This document shows, one piece after another, positions 60,067 through 64,000 of a stretch of 64,000 nt of DNA. The notes under the pieces were generated by a model. The model saw only the letters and a list, made by a program, of their open reading frames with translations, ran no database searches and was not told the origin of the DNA. The translations under genes and the position numbers were made by a program. How positions within the stretch are numbered: position 1 is the first letter of the stretch; every line of letters begins with the position of its first letter. The stretch is from Gammaproteobacteria bacterium (GTDB lineage Bacteria > Pseudomonadota > Gammaproteobacteria > Eutrophobiales > Eutrophobiaceae), in NCBI GenBank assembly GCA_965116585.1, contig OZ220714.1, positions 2,211,461 to 2,275,460 on the forward strand. The letters are read 5' to 3'.

Positions 60067-60802
60067 ATGGCACAACGTAAACCTGTTTGCTGACTTGGTC
60101 CTGCAGATGCACTTCGTGCCGGCTGCCGGTGCGCCGGTCTTCGACGTAATCCACCTTGACGATCTTGAATTTGCGCCGATTGTGCTCGATGACACCCTCC
60201 AGGTTCAGGGAGCGGGGCCGTCCGTTGCTCACCAGTACCACGCTGGCCGTTATCCCCAGCTCCCGGTTTTCACCGTTGACGTGTCCGACTACCAGGCCAT
60301 CTATGCCTTCCCGTGGGGGCTTGGGCTTTGGTGCAGGCTGCACCGGCTTTTTGACAGGTTTCGGCGGTTTCTTTGCCGCTGGGGCCGGGCGTGGCGCCGG
60401 CGCTTTTTCCGGTTTCAGCAAGGCCGCAAGGTCGGGCCTGAGCTTTACCAGTTCGGCATGGGTGGCGCGCAATAATCCGGCGTTGATCTGTTCTCGCTGC
60501 AGGTTTATTTCTGCCAGGATATCCAGGATTTGCTTGTAATAAACCAGGTCCACCACCAGTTGTTCGCTACGACTGCAATGGGGACAGGTAGCGCTTTCAG
60601 ACGGCGTTACGGTTTGCTCCGGCGTTGCCGGGCGCGCGGCAGACAGGCCGGGACGTTGCGGCGCGTGCGGCGCTGGCACGGCCGGTTTTGCCACTTGTGC
60701 CTGCCCTACTGCCGGCTCGATACCGGCATCGGGCTTGTCCGGCTCTGCGCCGGCCCGATGCGCGGCGCCGGCTATGAACAACAGGAAGATCAGGTATTTC
60801 AT
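60059..60802 (-). CDS. PilP-like periplasmic pilus biogenesis protein with a Pro/Ala/Lys-rich linker
   Basis: It has a signal peptide (MKYLIFLLFIAGAAHRAGA), a coiled-coil segment, a PAPRPAPAAKKPPKPVKKP linker and a C-terminal beta domain. It sits between the PilO-like gene and the ATPase gene, as in R64/PAPI-1 clusters. Confidence 0.5.
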   Translation of the reverse strand: MKYLIFLLFIAGAAHRAGAEPDKPDAGIEPAVGQAQVAKPAVPAPHAPQRPGLSAARPATPEQTVTPSESATCPHCSRSEQLVVDLVYYKQILDILAEINLQREQINAGLLRATHAELVKLRPDLAALLKPEKAPAPRPAPAAKKPPKPVKKPVQPAPKPKPPREGIDGLVVGHVNGENRELGITASVVLVSNGRPRSLNLEGVIEHNRRKFKIVKVDYVEDRRTGSRHEVHLQDQVSKQVYVVPWQ

Positions 60803-60803
60803 A

Positions 60804-61976
60804 TCAGGTTCCAATGATTTCGATGACGATACTGATGCTGTCCCACCCTGCATGCCTGCCGGCGCTGACCCTGGCCTCTTTCAGGTGGCCGTGCAGCGCG
60901 GAGTGCTGTAATTGCCGGACCCATTGATCCAGGGTGGCGGGAGCGGGATGCTGATAACTGATCTCGACAACACCGTGTGCCGAGTCATGTTTCTGGTTGA
61001 CGCTGACAATCGTGAAGCGAGCGTCATTGGCGCCGGCGAATTGCCGGTATTCCTCGAAGCTGGTCGCCAGGGGAACCAGGTCCCCGGTTTCTCCCGCGGC
61101 GGGCTGGAACCGGGAGGAAGTCAGGGTCCACCTGTTTTTCTGCACGGAAAACCGGCCTTGCAGGCGTTGCGCGAGGCTGTGCAGGCGTTCCAGTGAAAAA
61201 GACTGGACATAGTTGCCGGTGGCGCTGACGTTGTATCCCGCCCCGGCCTGCTTGATACTGATAGTTGCCAGGTTGTAGGCCAGCAATACCGAGAAATTTG
61301 TGAGCAGGGAGGCCAGGGCATCCAGGTCCTCGTCAATCTGCCGGGTGCTTTCCGGCTTGGGGGGCGGTGGAGGCTGTGTGCTTTCCCGTATCTTCGGCGC
61401 TTCCACGTTGGTGATGAACACGTAAACCAGTCCCGCGATCATGCAGGGTGCAAGTGTCAGCAGGCTCAGTTCCGGCAAGCTGTAACCGCGCCGCAGCAGG
61501 TAGGGGTTGTTCTTTCCCGGCTCAAGGTTGATATGCAAGTCCTTGAGGGCGATATGGTGTTGCGTGAACGCGTTGCTGAGTTCGCCCAGTTCGGCTACCT
61601 GACACTCCAGCGGGTTGTTTTTAATCAACTCGATACAATCTTCAAACGCCAGCAGTTCCTCTTTTTCCACCAGGATATAATCCGCCTGTACCCGGATAGT
61701 TGCCAGGTACACCGTGTTGTCAAAAGGCAGGAAAATATAATGCCGGCCGGGGCGTATGTCCGTGTGAATCCACTGCACGATCTGCGCGGCGATGGAAATG
61801 GCCTTGCCTTCGTCGAAAAAAATGAAGCCCTCGGATTCCAGGTAGTATTTTTTCTTCAGCGCGCCCAAACGTTTATTCACGTACAACCAGGCGCGGCGCT
61901 CTTCCGGCAGGGTCTGGCTCTCCGCGTTCAGGCACAGGTCAATGTCGCGTGCGCCCAGGCTGATAGTCTCGATCAT
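60804..61976 (-). CDS. PilO-like (type IVb, R64/PAPI-1 PilO/PilO2) bitopic membrane protein
   Basis: 390-aa protein with a cytoplasmic N-domain, a single TM (LLTLAPCMIAGLVYVFI) and a periplasmic C-domain. It shares an ATGA overlap with the secretin gene. Confidence 0.5.
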   Translation of the reverse strand: MIETISLGARDIDLCLNAESQTLPEERRAWLYVNKRLGALKKKYYLESEGFIFFDEGKAISIAAQIVQWIHTDIRPGRHYIFLPFDNTVYLATIRVQADYILVEKEELLAFEDCIELIKNNPLECQVAELGELSNAFTQHHIALKDLHINLEPGKNNPYLLRRGYSLPELSLLTLAPCMIAGLVYVFITNVEAPKIRESTQPPPPPKPESTRQIDEDLDALASLLTNFSVLLAYNLATISIKQAGAGYNVSATGNYVQSFSLERLHSLAQRLQGRFSVQKNRWTLTSSRFQPAAGETGDLVPLATSFEEYRQFAGANDARFTIVSVNQKHDSAHGVVEISYQHPAPATLDQWVRQLQHSALHGHLKEARVSAGRHAGWDSISIVIEIIGT

Positions 61977-63541
61977 GATCTGAAGCTCCCCTGGATCAGG
62001 AACAGCGTCTGCGTCAGGCGCTTGCCCCCGGTGGCGGAATTGCCGGTCAAACGGTTAAACGGCCACACCGGCAACAACCCGGAGCGGTCGGTTTTTACTT
62101 CCACCTCCTCCCGGTGGGTGGAGGCCAGCAACACGGTTTCACCATCCTCGATGCTCACGTCAAAAATATTGTCATTGCCGGAACTGATCGGCAGTACGCC
62201 GGAGGTGCCGGCAATCTGGTAGGTGTCCATGGCGTCGATCTGGGCTTCGTTGATGACGATGTGCAGGGCAATCAGGTTATCGGTCAGCGTTGGCAGAATG
62301 TTGATAGCCTGCCCGGTTTCCAGTTCACCGATTTCCACGGTGGGTGTGGACAGGCTGGTGCCACCGGCATCGGTCTGCTGGATGCTGGTGCGTTCGACGT
62401 AGCGGTGTACGCGGTAGTTGCGGATGGTCACCAGGCGGTTGTTATAGACCAGGATTTCCTTGCTGTCGTCGATGGAAATATTGCCTACCTGGGCCAGCGC
62501 CCGGAGTATGATTTCCGACGAGTTCCAGGGGCTGCCGGGGTCGTCGATTTTAAGGCTGAACACGCCGCCGCCGGTATTGATTTGGGCGCCGCTCAGTTGT
62601 TGCGTCAGGTTGCTGATGTTGGCGGCAATGCTGGCATTGCGCACTACGGACAGGTCCACGTGTTGTTGTGCCAGATCGGTCACGTCCAGACGCACTACGG
62701 TGATCTTGATATTGGCCTGCCGGGTGACGGTTTGCAGCCATTTCCGGTATGCCTCATCGAACAGGACAATGCGTTGCGGCCTGGCTGTAATGGAGAGCAG
62801 GTTGCCGGTGGAACTGATGCTATAACATTCCTTGTCATTCCAGGTATACGTGCCTATCTCCTTCAAATTCTCCTCATCTTCTTTGTTTTCCTGTTCACAG
62901 TAGCGAATGCCCAGGACGGTATTCACCAGTTGATGGATGTCGTTCTCCGCGGACAACTGGCTGCTGATGTTGTTTTCATAGCCGCTTGCCTTGTTCGGGT
63001 CCCGGCCCAGGTTGTTGCTGCTGACGTTGATGATGTTGTTACCGCCACCGTACAACGGCACCTCATATTCCCTGGTGATCATGGGTGTGATCAGCAAAAT
63101 ACCCTGGCGGAATTCGTAGCCCACGTTGGCTTGCAGGCTGATGGCTTGCAGGTGGTCTTCCACGGTAACGGCAAGCGGGGTGGAACTGACCGGCGGGTTG
63201 TAGTTATCCGGCAACGCGTAGGCGACCGGATAGCCCGGGGTCAGCCGCCGCAGGGTCTCGCGCAGGCCCTGGTTGCTGTAGGTGGCCTGGTAAGGCCGGT
63301 ACAGCCAGGCTTTTTCCCGGGGTACGTCAACCCGTTTGGCGCGGGTGTTGATGGCGCGTACGGTTTGCTGTTCTTCCAGGATCTGGCGGTAGCGCGCCTG
63401 CGCGCTGCTGATTTCCTGTTCCCGTTGCTTAATGTTTTCGCTGCACGCAGACAGGACCAACAAGGCCAGCAGAAGCGTACGCCTGCCGGGGCCAAACGGG
63501 TAACGTAGGCGGGCCGGTTTACATTGTGTTGTCTTCATCAT
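61973..63541 (-). CDS. Secretin-family outer-membrane lipoprotein (PilN of R64 nomenclature)
   Basis: It has the lipobox LLVLSAC and a C-terminal secretin-like region (...LLASTHREEVEVKTDRSGLLPV...LFLIQGS...). The start is ATG 63541/63538 or 63565. Confidence 0.7.
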   Translation of the reverse strand: MMKTTQCKPARLRYPFGPGRRTLLLALLVLSACSENIKQREQEISSAQARYRQILEEQQTVRAINTRAKRVDVPREKAWLYRPYQATYSNQGLRETLRRLTPGYPVAYALPDNYNPPVSSTPLAVTVEDHLQAISLQANVGYEFRQGILLITPMITREYEVPLYGGGNNIINVSSNNLGRDPNKASGYENNISSQLSAENDIHQLVNTVLGIRYCEQENKEDEENLKEIGTYTWNDKECYSISSTGNLLSITARPQRIVLFDEAYRKWLQTVTRQANIKITVVRLDVTDLAQQHVDLSVVRNASIAANISNLTQQLSGAQINTGGGVFSLKIDDPGSPWNSSEIILRALAQVGNISIDDSKEILVYNNRLVTIRNYRVHRYVERTSIQQTDAGGTSLSTPTVEIGELETGQAINILPTLTDNLIALHIVINEAQIDAMDTYQIAGTSGVLPISSGNDNIFDVSIEDGETVLLASTHREEVEVKTDRSGLLPVWPFNRLTGNSATGGKRLTQTLFLIQGSFRS

Positions 63542-64000
63542 GGAACTCGACCTGTTTGTTGTCATGGATGAGTGTCTTGATCCCGAAGCGTGCTTGCAGC
63601 AGCTTGATCAGGTCCTTGTGGCCGTCGGGCAATGGCACTTCGAGGCTTTGCGTCAGGCGGTAATCGGCATACCTGCCGGGCTCACCAAGGCGCCAGGAAA
63701 CGTCGTCAAAACCACAGTTCAGGAAGTACTCCTGTACAGTCGCAGATAACATGGCCCGGTTGGTAAATTGAATGGAACGGCAGCGCCCCGCCTCGGCTAC
63801 GGCCTGCATATCGTCCTCGGCGGGAACGGGTTCGACGACGCGCCAGGTTGTCTGGTTGTGAGTGTCCCCGTTCCGGTCGGTTTCGGCGCTGTCGGTTTCG
63901 GCGCCTGACCGGGTGGGTAGTTCCTGCTCCTGCGTGTGCGCGTCCGTGCCGGCGGCTGCGCTGTCCGGCGCCGTCGCGACAGCAAGATCAGCGAGGACTA
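63519..64000 (-). CDS. PilL-like protein, C-terminal part with a TcpQ-like domain (5' end outside the window)
   Basis: The frame of track ORF 63519..63809 stays open to the window edge (...TWRVVEPVPAEDDMQAVAEAGRC...GFDDVSWRL...). An acidic/Thr-rich linker precedes the domain. It lies directly upstream of the secretin gene. Confidence 0.5.
   Translation of the reverse strand, partial: VLADLAVATAPDSAAAGTDAHTQEQELPTRSGAETDSAETDRNGDTHNQTTWRVVEPVPAEDDMQAVAEAGRCRSIQFTNRAMLSATVQEYFLNCGFDDVSWRLGEPGRYADYRLTQSLEVPLPDGHKDLIKLLQARFGIKTLIHDNKQVEFHDEDNTM

Noticed and set aside
63797-63985. A 62-aa Arg/Pro-rich minus-strand ORF at the window edge
   Set aside because: It is in a different frame from the PilL-like reading frame, which stays open from 63519 to the window end and continues the TcpQ-like domain. 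The composition is typical of an off-frame artefact.

Overview
This window is a high-GC chromosomal segment with gammaproteobacterial-type synteny. Housekeeping blocks are aroQ-accBC, a DUF3426 zinc-ribbon gene, fis-purHD, an HU-family gene, hisHB, hemF, a rhodanese, dtd, rpiA/ilvA, and ssrS-zapA divergent from pepP plus a fused ubiH~ubiI ORF. They continue with glnS, purC, a rhomboid protease, a tkt-gap-pgk-pyk-fba operon, a TPP enzyme, etfAB and an LLM oxidoreductase. Small, visibly more AT-rich accessory insertions interrupt these blocks. They are a hicB/hicA-like pair (11.3-11.9 kb), a decayed island (22.7-28.4 kb) and DUF45 plus hipBA (37.2-39.8 kb). The decayed island holds a ferredoxin stub, a DUF4143 ATPase, a HigB'-'HigA chimera, a beta-propeller protein and an aminotransferase. 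An apparently intact 2,573-bp IS1595-family element lies at 44131-46703, with perfect 23-bp TIRs and an 8-bp target duplication. It carries a complete type II R-M system (an SPPY methyltransferase and an MvaI/BcnI-family endonuclease). The methyltransferase 5' end is split by a (CCAGTCCG)x3 tract. From 46.7 to 53.5 kb lie a TonB-dependent receptor, a cupin, an arylsulfatase and an amidohydrolase. From 53.6 kb to the window end a minus-strand operon encodes an R64/PAPI-1-style type IVb pilus machine. It comprises a partial PilL-like gene, a secretin lipoprotein, PilO-like and PilP-like genes, a GspE-type ATPase, a GspF-type platform and three non-canonical pilin-position genes. The operon ends in a 567-aa secreted cysteine-rich protein built from about nine thrombospondin-type-1-like 44-aa repeats. 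That pilus-plus-repeat-protein module is my top candidate for an undescribed system, and the IS-borne, possibly phase-variable R-M is second. I saw no rRNA, tRNA or CRISPR array. All calls rest on reading the sequence and translations, with no database searches.
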